Part shown: piece by piece, positions 1-10,516 of the stretch
Position numbering within the stretch: position 1 is the first letter of the stretch
Layout of the letters: every line of letters begins with the position of its first letter
From: Rhodospirillaceae bacterium
GTDB taxonomy: Bacteria; Pseudomonadota; Alphaproteobacteria; GCA-2721365
Assembly (NCBI GenBank): GCA_002721365.1
Contig: PBKC01000059.1
Location: forward strand, 12,091 to 76,090
Length of the DNA: 64,000 bases
Direction of reading: 5' to 3'
Translations under genes and position numbers: made by a program
The notes under the pieces: generated by a model
Databases searched by the model: none
What the model saw: only the letters and a program-made list of their open reading frames with translations
What the model was told of the DNA's origin: nothing

Positions 1-86
1 CCCGATATGGCACCGACCACCCCCAGACCCGCCAGCTCAAGGCCGCGATCGACCGGCTGACCGACGACAAGATCGGCACGCGCTAG
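1..86 (+). CDS. 3' end of a gene entering the window (possible TPR-type tail)
   Basis: Frame from nt 3 reads RYGTDHPQTRQLKAAIDRLTDDKIGTR* (TAG at 84-86). GxDHPxT resembles TPR 'GPDHPDT' repeats. Confidence 0.5.
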   Translation, partial: RYGTDHPQTRQLKAAIDRLTDDKIGTR

Positions 87-158
87 AGGCATTCGGTCTG
101 ACATCGACCCGTCATCGAACTTTGATACCGGTGCTTCAGCATGCGGGAGGCAGAATCG

Positions 159-452
159 ATGACGACGTATCGCGCGAGGTTGATGGACGCCGCAACGGGC
201 GGCGAAGGTGTTTACGAGTTTGAGGACGACGAGAGCCTGATCAAGCAGACGCCGGTCAGGATCATCCGGAGGTTCATGGAGCATGTCGGCAACGACCTGA
301 TCCCCCACGCTTTCCGGGACTACGAACTCAACGCCGCCTTCAAGAACGAGCATGCCGACATCGTCACGGGGCTTGGTTCGTTGATCCTGGCTCACGGGCC
401 GGCGCTTCCCTTCGTCATCATGATCGCCCGTAAGCGCGCCGACGCCGGCTGA
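159..452 (+). CDS. Hypothetical protein (~97 aa)
   Basis: GGAGG at 145-149 precedes ATG 159. Protein-like composition (MTTYRARLMDAATGGEGVYEFE...). Confidence 0.7.
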   Translation: MTTYRARLMDAATGGEGVYEFEDDESLIKQTPVRIIRRFMEHVGNDLIPHAFRDYELNAAFKNEHADIVTGLGSLILAHGPALPFVIMIARKRADAG

Positions 453-580
453 CGTTTCCTACGGCAGGCGGACGGTCGGCGACCGGGCCGCCTTCCTCCC
501 GCCTGTCGTCGCCGGGTTGGCAAAGCCGGCGACGGTGGCGCAAAATCGGCGCGTCCGCTGTCGAGGGAGGAAAGACCAGG

Positions 581-2479
581 ATGACCAGCCGTTATCGGGA
601 CGAGCATCGGCGCTCGCTGGAAGACCCGGAAGGGTTCTGGGCGGAGGCAGCCGCCGACATCGACTGGTTCCGGCCGTGGGACAAGGTTCTCGACACTTCA
701 GCGACACCGTCGACCCGCTGGTTCGTGGGCGGGGAGCTCAACACCTGCCACAACGCCGTCGACCGCCACGTCACCGCCGGGCGCGGCAAGCAGGCGGCGA
801 TCATCTATGACAGCCCCGTCACGGGCGCGAAGCAGACCATCACCTACCGCGACCTCCAGGAGCGCACGGCCCTGTTCGCCGGCGCCCTCGCCGACGCCGG
901 CGTGAAGAAGGGCGACCGGGTGCTGATCTACATGCCGATGGTGCCGGAAACGCTGGTGGCGATGCTCGGCACCGCCCGGCTGGGGGCCATCCACTCGGTG
1001 GTGTTCGGGGGCTTCGCCGCGAACGAGCTGGCGACCCGCATCGACGACTGCCGTCCGACGGTGATCGTCGCCGCCTCCTGCGGGATCGAGCCGGGGCGTG
1101 TCGTCCACTACATGCCGCTGCTGAACGAAGCCCTGAAGCTGTCGGACCATCAGCCGGACCATTGCATCGTCTTCCAGCGCGTCGAGGAGCCGGCGCCGCT
1201 GAAGCCGGACCGCGATATCGACTGGGCCGATGCCATGGCGGCGGCGAGCCCGAAGGACTGCGTCCCCGTCGCCGCGACCGACCCGCTCTACATCCTCTAT
1301 ACCTCCGGCACCACCGGCCGACCCAAGGGCGTCGTCCGCGACAATGGCGGTCATGCGGTCGCGCTCAAATGGAGCATGGCCAACATCTACGACGTGAAGC
1401 CGGGCGAGGTGTATTGGGCGGCTTCCGACGTCGGCTGGGTGGTCGGCCATTCCTATATCGTCTACGCGCCGCTGCTCCACGGCTGCACTACCGTCGTCTA
1501 CGAAGGAAAGCCGGTCGGGACGCCCGACGCCGGCGCCTTCTGGCGGGTAATCGCCGAGCACCGGGTGGAGACGCTGTTCACCGCCCCCACCGCGCTCCGC
1601 GCCATCAAGCGCGACGACCCGGACGCCAAGCTGATGGCGCAGTACGACATGAGCCGGTTCCGAACGCTGTTCCTGGCCGGCGAGCGCTGCGACCCGGACA
1701 CCATCGAATGGTCGCAGCGCATCCTCAAGACCCCGGTGATCGACCACTGGTGGCAGACCGAGACCGGCTGGCCGATCTGCAGCAACCTGATGGGGCTGGA
1801 GCCGATGCCGGTGAAGATCGGCTCGGCCAGCGTGCCGGTGCCGGGCTACGACGTCCGGGTGCTGGACGAAGGGAACCACGAGGTCGCGCCGGGAACCATC
1901 GGCGCGCTGTCGATCAAGCTGCCGCTGCCGCCGGCATGCCTGCCGACCCTGTGGGAGAACCATGACGGCTTCGTCGACGCCTACATGAAGGACTATCCCG
2001 GCTACTACAAGACCGGGGACGCCGGCTATATCGACGAAGACGGCTACGTCTTCGTCATGACCCGGACCGACGACATCATCAACGTCGCCGGCCACCGCCT
2101 CTCGACCGGCGGCATGGAGGAGGTACTGGCGGCCCACCCCGATGTCGCCGAATGCGCCGTGATCGGCGTCGCCGACGCGATCAAGGGGCAGGTGCCGGTG
2201 GGCTTCCTGGTGCTGAAGTCGGGGGTCACCAAGACCCATACCGACATTTCCCGCGAGGCCGTGGCCATGGTCCGCGACCGCATCGGCCCGGTGGCGGCGT
2301 TCAAGACCGCGATCGTCGTCGACCGTTTGCCCAAGACCCGCTCGGGCAAGATCCTCCGCGGCACCATGCAGAAGATCGCCGACGGCACCGCGGTCCAGAT
2401 GCCCGCGACCATCGACGACCCGGCGATCCTGGAGGAGATCAAGGGCGCCCTGAAGCCGGCGGGATACGCGAAGGACTGA
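581..2479 (+). CDS. prpE: Propionyl-CoA synthetase / acetate-CoA ligase family
   Basis: AMP-binding motif YILYTSGTTGRPKG, DHWWQTETG, and LPKTRSGKILR containing the acetylation Lys. Confidence 0.9.
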   Translation: MTSRYRDEHRRSLEDPEGFWAEAAADIDWFRPWDKVLDTSATPSTRWFVGGELNTCHNAVDRHVTAGRGKQAAIIYDSPVTGAKQTITYRDLQERTALFAGALADAGVKKGDRVLIYMPMVPETLVAMLGTARLGAIHSVVFGGFAANELATRIDDCRPTVIVAASCGIEPGRVVHYMPLLNEALKLSDHQPDHCIVFQRVEEPAPLKPDRDIDWADAMAAASPKDCVPVAATDPLYILYTSGTTGRPKGVVRDNGGHAVALKWSMANIYDVKPGEVYWAASDVGWVVGHSYIVYAPLLHGCTTVVYEGKPVGTPDAGAFWRVIAEHRVETLFTAPTALRAIKRDDPDAKLMAQYDMSRFRTLFLAGERCDPDTIEWSQRILKTPVIDHWWQTETGWPICSNLMGLEPMPVKIGSASVPVPGYDVRVLDEGNHEVAPGTIGALSIKLPLPPACLPTLWENHDGFVDAYMKDYPGYYKTGDAGYIDEDGYVFVMTRTDDIINVAGHRLSTGGMEEVLAAHPDVAECAVIGVADAIKGQVPVGFLVLKSGVTKTHTDISREAVAMVRDRIGPVAAFKTAIVVDRLPKTRSGKILRGTMQKIADGTAVQMPATIDDPAILEEIKGALKPAGYAKD

Positions 2480-2660
2480 TCGTAGCGGGCCACCTCGGGC
2501 AGCGTGATACAGGAATCCCGTTAACCATCCCTGGTCTCGGATGTTAAAACCCTGAGCGGCGTCTTTACGCCGCGTGCCCACAGACCGAGGGATGGCCGTG
2601 CCGCAGACGACTCCGTTCCCCTTCAGCGCCGACCAGGGTTCCACGCGCGGAGAAGCCCGC

Positions 2661-3068
2661 ATGCGGGGGCCGGCCAATCTGCGGGTCTACGGGGTGCTGG
2701 TCAGGAACGAGACCGTCCTCGTCGCGGCCGAGCAGGTCGCGGGGCGGGACGTGCTGAAGTTCCCCGGCGGCGGCGTCGACGAGAACGAAACCCCGGAAAT
2801 GGCCCTCTGCCGTGAGTTCGGCGAGGAGTGCGGCCTCGACATCCGCATCAGCCGGCTGGTTCACGTGCCGGGCACGCTGTTCTCGCCCTGGACCCACACC
2901 AACTACACGCCGCTCTATTATCAGGTCGAGGCCGACGGCGATCCGTCGGTGCCCGATGGCGAGTCCCTCACGCTCTCCTTCATGGACATGGAGAACGCCT
3001 TGAAGAGCGGCCGGATGGCGGGGCCTGAGCTGTTCGCCCTGAGCCGCGTTCTGGGGGCGGTCGGTTAA
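2661..3068 (+). CDS. NUDIX hydrolase
   Basis: Nudix box GGGVDENETPEMALCREFGEECG. ATG 2661 follows GGAGA. Confidence 0.85.
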   Translation: MRGPANLRVYGVLVRNETVLVAAEQVAGRDVLKFPGGGVDENETPEMALCREFGEECGLDIRISRLVHVPGTLFSPWTHTNYTPLYYQVEADGDPSVPDGESLTLSFMDMENALKSGRMAGPELFALSRVLGAVG

Positions 3069-3075
3069 GCGCCGC

Positions 3076-3921
3076 TCAGGCGTGGAGGCCGGTGACGATC
3101 GCCGTGTAGTCGGGGTCGGAGTCCGCCGACAGAAGCCCATGGCGGACGAAGAAGTCGATCAGCACCAGATTGACGTTGAACTTGAACTCGTCGGTTTCCC
3201 GCACCGTCTCCATCACCCTGGTCACCGGCACAAGCTGGAACTCGCCGACCTCGCCGTCGGTGTTCCGCGGCCGGAAATCCTCTTCCAGCGCCAAGTCGTA
3301 GCAGAACAGCACGTCGGGCTTCATCCCCTCGGCGGTCTCGAGCTGGTAGGAGATACAGCCGACGGGCACCGCGGTCATCGCCAGGGCGCGCGGGATCGCG
3401 GCTTCCTCCGCCGCTTCCTTGACCAGGTTCTCGGCAAGCCCGAGCCCAGCCGGCTGACCACCCGCAACGATGTTGTCGAGCTTCCCCGGAGCGACGACGC
3501 GGTCATATCCCCGTCTCGGAATCCACAGGTGCAGCCCGTCCGCCTTGCGGACGAACCCGTTCACATGGACGCCGAAGGTGCGGACGCCGAAGAAAGGCGC
3601 GGCGGCGCGTTCGATCTCGAACAGTGCCGGCGACCCGAAATCCGGCGTCACCGCATAGGGTTCGTCGCGCCAGCTCCGGATGATCCCGCGGCCCCTGAGA
3701 TCGCCGGCTACCTTGAGCATCGCCGCAGTGCGTTCGACGGGGCTCGATCCGGCGACGAGATCGATCCGCGCATCGCCGATTTCGAGAACGTCGGCATAGT
3801 GCGTCAGCACCTCGGCCATGGTGCGACGGACCCAACCGACGCGCAGGTCGCCGACATGAAAAGGCATGAAATGGCTGAGGTCGTGGGAATTGCATTCGCG
3901 GATGCGGTCGAGATAGCTCAT
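3076..3921 (-). CDS. DUF4743-domain NUDIX hydrolase (thiamine pyrophosphokinase-related N-terminal family)
   Basis: MSYLDRIRECN start; FGVHVNG, LDNIVAGG and KEAAEEA Nudix-like motifs. Confidence 0.85.
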   Translation of the reverse strand: MSYLDRIRECNSHDLSHFMPFHVGDLRVGWVRRTMAEVLTHYADVLEIGDARIDLVAGSSPVERTAAMLKVAGDLRGRGIIRSWRDEPYAVTPDFGSPALFEIERAAAPFFGVRTFGVHVNGFVRKADGLHLWIPRRGYDRVVAPGKLDNIVAGGQPAGLGLAENLVKEAAEEAAIPRALAMTAVPVGCISYQLETAEGMKPDVLFCYDLALEEDFRPRNTDGEVGEFQLVPVTRVMETVRETDEFKFNVNLVLIDFFVRHGLLSADSDPDYTAIVTGLHA

Positions 3922-3990
3922 CAACCTTCTTTCGGCAGGAGTCTGAGGCGTGTCTGGCGACGATCGACGGCAAGGGCCGGCCTTCTGCAT

Positions 3991-4986
3991 GTGTTCGGAC
4001 ATACACGGCGGCGCCTTGGCCACGGCTTGCTCTGCTGCGTGGCGGCAGTCCATTTGAGCGGCTGCGCACCGGAGTTGCAAGCCGCCGGGCCGCGGATTCA
4101 ACAGCCCGAACTTCGGCCGGATGCGTTCGTCGCCGCCGATGGCATCGCCCTGCCGACGCGTGTCTGGCCGGCGGAGGGAGAGCCATCCGCGGTCATCCTG
4201 GCGGTGCATGGGTTCAACGACTACAGCAACGCTTTCGCTGCGGCCGGCGATTATTGGGCGAAACGCGGACTCACCACCTATGCCTACGACCAGCGCGGTT
4301 TCGGTGCCGCCCCCCGTCCCGGCATATGGCCCGGTGAGGAAACCCTGGTCGCCGACATGAAGGCCATCGCCGCTGCGGTAAGCGCCCGCCATCCCGGTCT
4401 TCCGCTCTACCTGCTCGGCGAGAGCATGGGCGGCGCGGTGGTCATGACGGCCATGACCACCGCCGATCCGCCCGCGGCGACCGGCTTGATCCTGGTCGCA
4501 CCGGCCGTGTGGGGCCGGTCGACGATGAACCCGCTCTACCGCGGCGTCCTCTGGATCATGTCGCGGACGGTTCCGTGGCTGAAGCTCTCGGGCCGGGGGC
4601 TGGACATCACCCCCTCCGACAACATCGACATGCTGATCGCCCTGGGGCAGGACCCTCTGGTCATCAAGAAGACGCGGGTCGACGCGATCAAGGGCATCGT
4701 CGACCTGATGGACGCAGCGCTGGCGGCAGCGCCCGGCCTGAAGACGCAGAGCCTAGTGCTGTACGGAGCGCATGACGAGATCATTCCCAAGGCTCCGACG
4801 GCGACGATGCTGGAATCGCTTAGCGGCCCGCACCGGGTCGTCGTCTACCCGGAAGGGTATCATATGCTTCTCCGGGACCTGCAGGCGGAGACGGTGCTGG
4901 CCGATGTCGTCGCTTGGATCGAGCACCCGACGGAACCGCTTCCGTCCGGCCTCGATCACGGCTGGAAGAGACTGATCGATGAATGA
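3991..4986 (+). CDS. Alpha/beta hydrolase (lysophospholipase/monoacylglycerol lipase-like), probable lipoprotein
   Basis: HGFND, GESMGG nucleophile elbow, YGAHD, GYHML; lipobox LSGC. The GTG 3991 start is uncertain. Confidence 0.85.
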   Translation: MFGHTRRRLGHGLLCCVAAVHLSGCAPELQAAGPRIQQPELRPDAFVAADGIALPTRVWPAEGEPSAVILAVHGFNDYSNAFAAAGDYWAKRGLTTYAYDQRGFGAAPRPGIWPGEETLVADMKAIAAAVSARHPGLPLYLLGESMGGAVVMTAMTTADPPAATGLILVAPAVWGRSTMNPLYRGVLWIMSRTVPWLKLSGRGLDITPSDNIDMLIALGQDPLVIKKTRVDAIKGIVDLMDAALAAAPGLKTQSLVLYGAHDEIIPKAPTATMLESLSGPHRVVVYPEGYHMLLRDLQAETVLADVVAWIEHPTEPLPSGLDHGWKRLIDE

Positions 4987-5797
4987 CGTGCCCAAAGGCG
5001 ACCATAAACCGCCGCGCCTCAAAGACCTCGATCTCGAACTCGGCCGGTCGATCGTCGACAAGGAGACCTACGAACGCCAGCTCTCGGCGTTGCAGATCCA
5101 GGTCCTCCGGGTGCAGCAGGCTTATTTCCATCAAGGGCTTCGCGGCATCATCGTGTTCGAAGGTTGGGATGCCGGCGGGAAGGGCGGCTGCATCCGCCGC
5201 CTGACGGAGAAGCTCGATCCGCGCGGTTTCCAGGTCTGGCCGATCGCCGCGCCGACGCCGGAGGAAATCGGCCGGCACTACCTCCACCGGTTCTGGACCC
5301 GCTTGCCGACCCCGGGAACGCTGGCGATCTTCGACCGCTCCTGGTACGGCCGCGTGCTGGTGGAGCGTGTCGAGGGGTTCGCCGAGGAATCCGCGTGGAA
5401 GCGCGCTTACGGCGAGATCAACGAATTCGAACGGATGCTGATCGACGATGGGATCCGGATCGTCAAACTGTTCCTCCACATCTCGCCGGAGGAGCAACTC
5501 GAACGGTTCACCGAGCGGCTGGAGAATCCGTTCAAGCGCTGGAAGCTGACGGCCGACGACCTGCGGAACCGGCAGAAACGCCCGGATTACGAGAAGGCGA
5601 TCAACGCCATGTTCCGTAAGACCAGCACCGAACGGGCGCCCTGGCACGGAATTCCCGCCAACCAGAAATGGTATGCGCGTGTCTCGGTGCTGGACACGAT
5701 CGCCACCACGCTCGGGGCGGGCATCGACCTCGCGCCGCCGCCGATCAACCCGGAAATCGTCCGCGGCGCCCGGAAGATGCTGGGACTGGACATGTAG
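4979..5797 (+). CDS. ppk2: Polyphosphate kinase 2 family (single domain)
   Basis: Walker A FEGWDAGGKGG and FDRSWYGRVLVERVEG; overlaps the upstream stop. Confidence 0.92.
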   Translation: MNDVPKGDHKPPRLKDLDLELGRSIVDKETYERQLSALQIQVLRVQQAYFHQGLRGIIVFEGWDAGGKGGCIRRLTEKLDPRGFQVWPIAAPTPEEIGRHYLHRFWTRLPTPGTLAIFDRSWYGRVLVERVEGFAEESAWKRAYGEINEFERMLIDDGIRIVKLFLHISPEEQLERFTERLENPFKRWKLTADDLRNRQKRPDYEKAINAMFRKTSTERAPWHGIPANQKWYARVSVLDTIATTLGAGIDLAPPPINPEIVRGARKMLGLDM

Positions 5798-5901
5798 GCT
5801 GCATCGCCGTTGCCGGCAGGTCTCCCCGCCTTGGAACGGCGATGCAGCACGACTTCGGCTTAGATCAAGATCGTCTCACGCCTTTTCGACATGAGACGAT
5901 C
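5798..5901. terminator. Two hairpins between convergent genes
   Basis: GCTGCATCGCCGTT (5798-5811) pairs with AACGGCGATGCAGC (5835-5848); GATCGTCTCA (5869-5878) pairs with TGAGACGATC (5892-5901). No strong U-tract. Confidence 0.55.
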
Positions 5902-5911
5902 GCGCTTTAGG

Positions 5912-7264
5912 CTACTCCTGCTGCTGAGTCGCCGTCGTCGCGCCCTCCGGCACCGAGTCCGCGGCGACGATCTTCCATAGCGCCCCCGGCGGATTCTCCA
6001 TCGCGCCCTTGTCGGTCGTATAGAAGCAGTCGCAGTTGACGGCATAGACCGCACCGTCGTCGCCGTAGCCGCCGCCAGTGAAGTTGAGCGACGCCTGCGC
6101 GAGTTCCTGCATCTGCCAGCGACCCGCCTCCTGGTCCCAGCCGGTGCCCCAGACCCGGCCGGTGCACCAGTCGCCGAACAGGTAGACCCCGTTCATGCCT
6201 GCATAGTTGGCGACGCCGAACCCGATCACCGAACACCCGCCTTCATCATGCGGATATTCCGCGATCGGCAGGGTCCCGACGGTCGGACAGCTCTCCTCGT
6301 CGATCGGGAAACAGTGCGTGCCCATGTTGAAGTCCCAGCCGTAATTCTCGCCGCCCTCACTGGATGCGGGCTGAAAGTCGATCTCTTCCCAATGGTTCTG
6401 CCCGACCTCGGCGATGTACAGGTCGCCGGTCTCGCGGTCGAAGCTGAACTGATAGGGATTGCGAAGCCCGTAGGCCCAGATTTCCGCCTTCGCCCGCGTA
6501 TGGATGTCGGCAAACACGTCCTCGGTGATGCCGAACAGGCGCATCAACTGCTGCTTCTCGACGAAGGGATTGTCGGCCGGAACCGTGTAAGGACCGTCTT
6601 CGGTGTCGACGTCGATGCGGAGGATCTTACCGAGCCAGGTGCTGAGATCCTGGCCGGCCTCCAGGGGATCGCCTTCCCAGCCGCCGTCTCCGCTGCCGAT
6701 GTAAAGGTATCCGTCCGGTCCGAACCCGATCTCGCCGCCGTTATGGTTGTAATAGGGCTGATCGATCTGCATCACGACCTTGGCGCTTTCGGGATCGGCG
6801 ACGTCGGGGTCGTCATCAGAGACCGTGAAGCGGACGATCATACCGTCGCCGTTGAATGGCAGCGACGCGTAGTGAACGAAGAAATGGCCGTTCTCGGCGA
6901 AGTCCGGATGGAAGGCCACCGAGTAGAGGCCCTGTTCCATGAACTGGGTCTGCACGAAGCTGCCCAGCGGATTCATCGTCGTCAGATCGAGAAACGGCTT
7001 GTCGAGCAGTTCCCCATCCTTGACGACTTTGACGCGGCCGACACGCTCGGTGACGAACAGCCGCCCGGACCCGTCGCCGGCGCTGGTCACGTCGGTAGGG
7101 TCGTGAAGCCCGTCGACGACCTTGACGAGCTCTATGTCGGGATTGCCGGGAAGGGTCCCGCCGAGCTGGGCGACCTGATCGGCCGATTCCGGGACCTGCT
7201 GGGCAACGGCCGCGGACGCCCAAAGAACGGTGGCTACACAGGCAAGCCTTACTGGTGGATGCAT
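5912..7264 (-). CDS. PQQ-dependent sugar dehydrogenase (glucose/sorbosone dehydrogenase, YliI-like), secreted
   Basis: Signal peptide; HNGGEIGFGPDGYLYIGSGDGG, GKILRID, WAYGLRNP. Confidence 0.9.
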   Translation of the reverse strand: MHPPVRLACVATVLWASAAVAQQVPESADQVAQLGGTLPGNPDIELVKVVDGLHDPTDVTSAGDGSGRLFVTERVGRVKVVKDGELLDKPFLDLTTMNPLGSFVQTQFMEQGLYSVAFHPDFAENGHFFVHYASLPFNGDGMIVRFTVSDDDPDVADPESAKVVMQIDQPYYNHNGGEIGFGPDGYLYIGSGDGGWEGDPLEAGQDLSTWLGKILRIDVDTEDGPYTVPADNPFVEKQQLMRLFGITEDVFADIHTRAKAEIWAYGLRNPYQFSFDRETGDLYIAEVGQNHWEEIDFQPASSEGGENYGWDFNMGTHCFPIDEESCPTVGTLPIAEYPHDEGGCSVIGFGVANYAGMNGVYLFGDWCTGRVWGTGWDQEAGRWQMQELAQASLNFTGGGYGDDGAVYAVNCDCFYTTDKGAMENPPGALWKIVAADSVPEGATTATQQQE

Positions 7265-7393
7265 ATTCAGCTCCTCCCGAGGGATTGGTGGGGGAGACGT
7301 GCTTCGCCTTGACCTGCGGAAGCCACGCCTACCCCGCCAACGAGTGGGAGAAGCGGAAGTTCACATGATTCGGGCGTACCCGCCGACGCGGCA

Positions 7394-8217
7394 CTATTGC
7401 CTAGCGCCGCGCACCCCTGCCGCAAGGTCCTTGACCAGGGAGAGGACCCCAGGCGCCGTTTCAGGCGTCGCCCGGCCGGCATCGTCCAGGGTCTCCGCGA
7501 CGCGGCGGATGATCGCCGAGCCGACCACGGCCGCATCGGCCACCTTGGCCACGGCTGCGGCGTTCTGTGGCGTCGAGATGCCGAAGCCCACGGCGATCGG
7601 CAGCTTGGTGTGCCGGTGAAGCCGCTCGACCGCTTGGCTCACCACCGACACGTCGGGCGCCCGCGTGCCGGTGATGCCGGCGATCGAGACGTAGTAGACG
7701 AAGCCGCTGGTATGGCGGAGCACCGCCGGCAGCCGCGCATCGTCGGTGGTCGGGGTCGCCAGGCGGATGAAGTTGAGCCCTGCTTCTACCGCCGGGATGC
7801 ACAGCTCGTCATCCTCCTCCGGCGGCAGGTCGACGATGATCAGGCCGTCGACGCCCGCTTCGACGGCCGCCTTCAAGAAGGCATCTACGCCGAAGCTGTA
7901 GATCGGGTTGTAGTAGCCCATCAGCACGATCGGTGTGGCATCGTCGCGTTTCCGGAATGCGGCCACCATCGCCAGGGTCTTGCGGAGCGTCTGACCGGCG
8001 TTCAATGCGCGCAACCCGCCGGCCTGGATGATGGGGCCGTCGGCCATGGGATCGGAGAACGGCATGCCGATCTCGATGACGTCGGCACCGGCTTCGGGAA
8101 GGCCGTCGATGATCGCCTGCGAGGTTTCCTGGTCGGGATCGCCGGCCATGACGAAAGTGACCAGCCCGGCCCGTCCCTCCGAAGCCAGGGCCGCGAAACG
8201 CGCTTCGATCCTGTCGC

Positions 8218-8221
<4 letters not shown>
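7394..8221 (-). CDS. trpA: Tryptophan synthase alpha chain
   Basis: [36 protein letters not shown]. Confidence 0.97.
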
Positions 8222-9429
<1,208 letters not shown>

Positions 9430-9468
9430 GGAAGGCTTCAGGTCTCTTTCGATCCAGGCTGATTAGGA

Positions 9469-9527
9469 CGTAGCCCGGATGGAGCGCAAGCGCAATCGAT
9501 CGGATCAGGTCGCCGACCGGGATTCCC
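9469..9527. repeat. REP-like palindromic element (CGTAG type), interrupted
   Basis: CGTAGCCCGGATGGAGCGCAAGCGCAATC, a 20-bp insert, then CGGG. Resembles rhizobial CGTAGCCCGGAT...GCGCAATCCGGG repeats as I recall them. Confidence 0.55.
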
Positions 9528-9532
9528 AAACC

Positions 9533-9761
9533 TTAGACAGAGGAACTGCCCTCATATGGCAATCCGTCATCTTCCAGCTGGGCTTGGAGCAGGCCGGCCA
9601 AATATTCTTCCATCTCGCTGAAATCGAGATGGCCATCGTCCCAAGCCCGATCCGCTGCTGCTAACGCAGCCTCATATCCTTCGCGGTCATCCCTGATTCG
9701 CTCTGGAAGAATCTTTCTTCCCGGCAAAAGCACTTCAGACCGAACGCACAGTAGAAAATAA
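9533..9761 (-). pseudogene. Fic-domain gene, 3' fragment (split by IS)
   Basis: Reads YF-LLCVRSEVLLPGRKILPERIRDDREGYEAALAAAD...; joins in frame with the 12301-12718 fragment when the IS and one TSD are removed. Confidence 0.9.
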
Positions 9762-9801
9762 GGCAATTATATACTTTACTTAGCGAATCAGGTTCACCAC
9801 A

Positions 9802-10023
9802 GTGTGCGACGACAGGCCGGCGCTTAATTCAGACGAGATCGAGGTGACCCCCGGGATGATCGAGGCGGGGGTGGCGGAGCTTCGCCAATTCGTTCGCGGC
9901 GAGGATTCTATTCCGGCTTATGCGGAGTGGATTTATCGGGCAATGGAAGCTCGACGCCGTAATCCATCAGGGCGTGGGCGAGCGCTTGCCGTTCGTCAGT
10001 CGCGGCCTCCAGGAATTTGTTGA
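9802..10023 (+). CDS. IS passenger: small hypothetical protein
   Basis: DEIEVTPGMIEAGVAEL...WIYRAM is protein-like and lies just inside the TIR. It overlaps the 3' end of the convergent HEPN gene; start uncertain. Confidence 0.5.
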   Translation: MCDDRPALNSDEIEVTPGMIEAGVAELRQFVRGEDSIPAYAEWIYRAMEARRRNPSGRGRALAVRQSRPPGIC

Positions 10024-10516
10024 TCAGGATGATCGCGGTTGCTGTGTACAGGTGGTGAGCCAAGCCATCCGGGAATCCAACACGCTTTGCGTCGCTTGAG
10101 CCTTCTTTCGGTTCAAGGAAGCTGCACAGTCGCTCGACCTCGACGGTCTTAAAGGTGATTGGGCGCATCGTGTGGGCGAAGGCGTTTCTCACTTCGCGTA
10201 TGGTGTGGAGATTCCGCTTTTCGCGTTTGTCGCAGAGTCTCAATGCGTAGGCGAGATTAATCCTGGCGGAGAATGTGCCGAGCGGCCTGTCGGGATCGAA
10301 CAAATCCCCATAGTCATCGGAGTTTAGAGGCCGAAATTTGGCTGCCAGCGCCATGCGAATGGTGTCGTCGAGCATGGAGGCGATGACCAAAGCCGCGCCT
10401 CTGTCGCTTTGGTTGACGACGGCGTTGAAAACTGTGTCCATGTCGCCTGATCCAGGCGGCTGCCTGGAAAGGGACTTCAGAGCTTTGCGAGCCTTCTCCA
10501 ATGCCGAAGCAGACAT
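9908..10516 (-). CDS. IS passenger: MtlR/MltR-like (HEPN-fold) protein
   Basis: SDRGAALVIASMLD, LF..DRPLGTFSARINLAYAL and IREVRNAFAH (RxxxxH). SD-like GAGGGG precedes ATG 10516; alternative start 10441. Confidence 0.8.
   Translation of the reverse strand: MSASALEKARKALKSLSRQPPGSGDMDTVFNAVVNQSDRGAALVIASMLDDTIRMALAAKFRPLNSDDYGDLFDPDRPLGTFSARINLAYALRLCDKREKRNLHTIREVRNAFAHTMRPITFKTVEVERLCSFLEPKEGSSDAKRVGFPDGLAHHLYTATAIILINKFLEAATDERQALAHALMDYGVELPLPDKSTPHKPE

Noticed and set aside
2519-2550. CtrA-like TTAACCAT / TTAA half-sites
   Set aside because: Spacing is not TTAA-N7-TTAA; better explained as an imperfect hairpin after prpE.
698-2677. 659-aa minus-strand ORF, and similar long antisense ORFs (19555-21078, 25871-27664, 34881-36332, 44325-45851, 55291-56862, 60553-61863)
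   Set aside because: Shadow ORFs opposite well-supported genes in high-GC DNA, with no motifs of their own.
3082-3990. N-terminal 303 codons of the 634-aa ORF
   Set aside because: Antisense to the DUF4743 NUDIX gene; the hydrolase and lipobox only begin near 3991.
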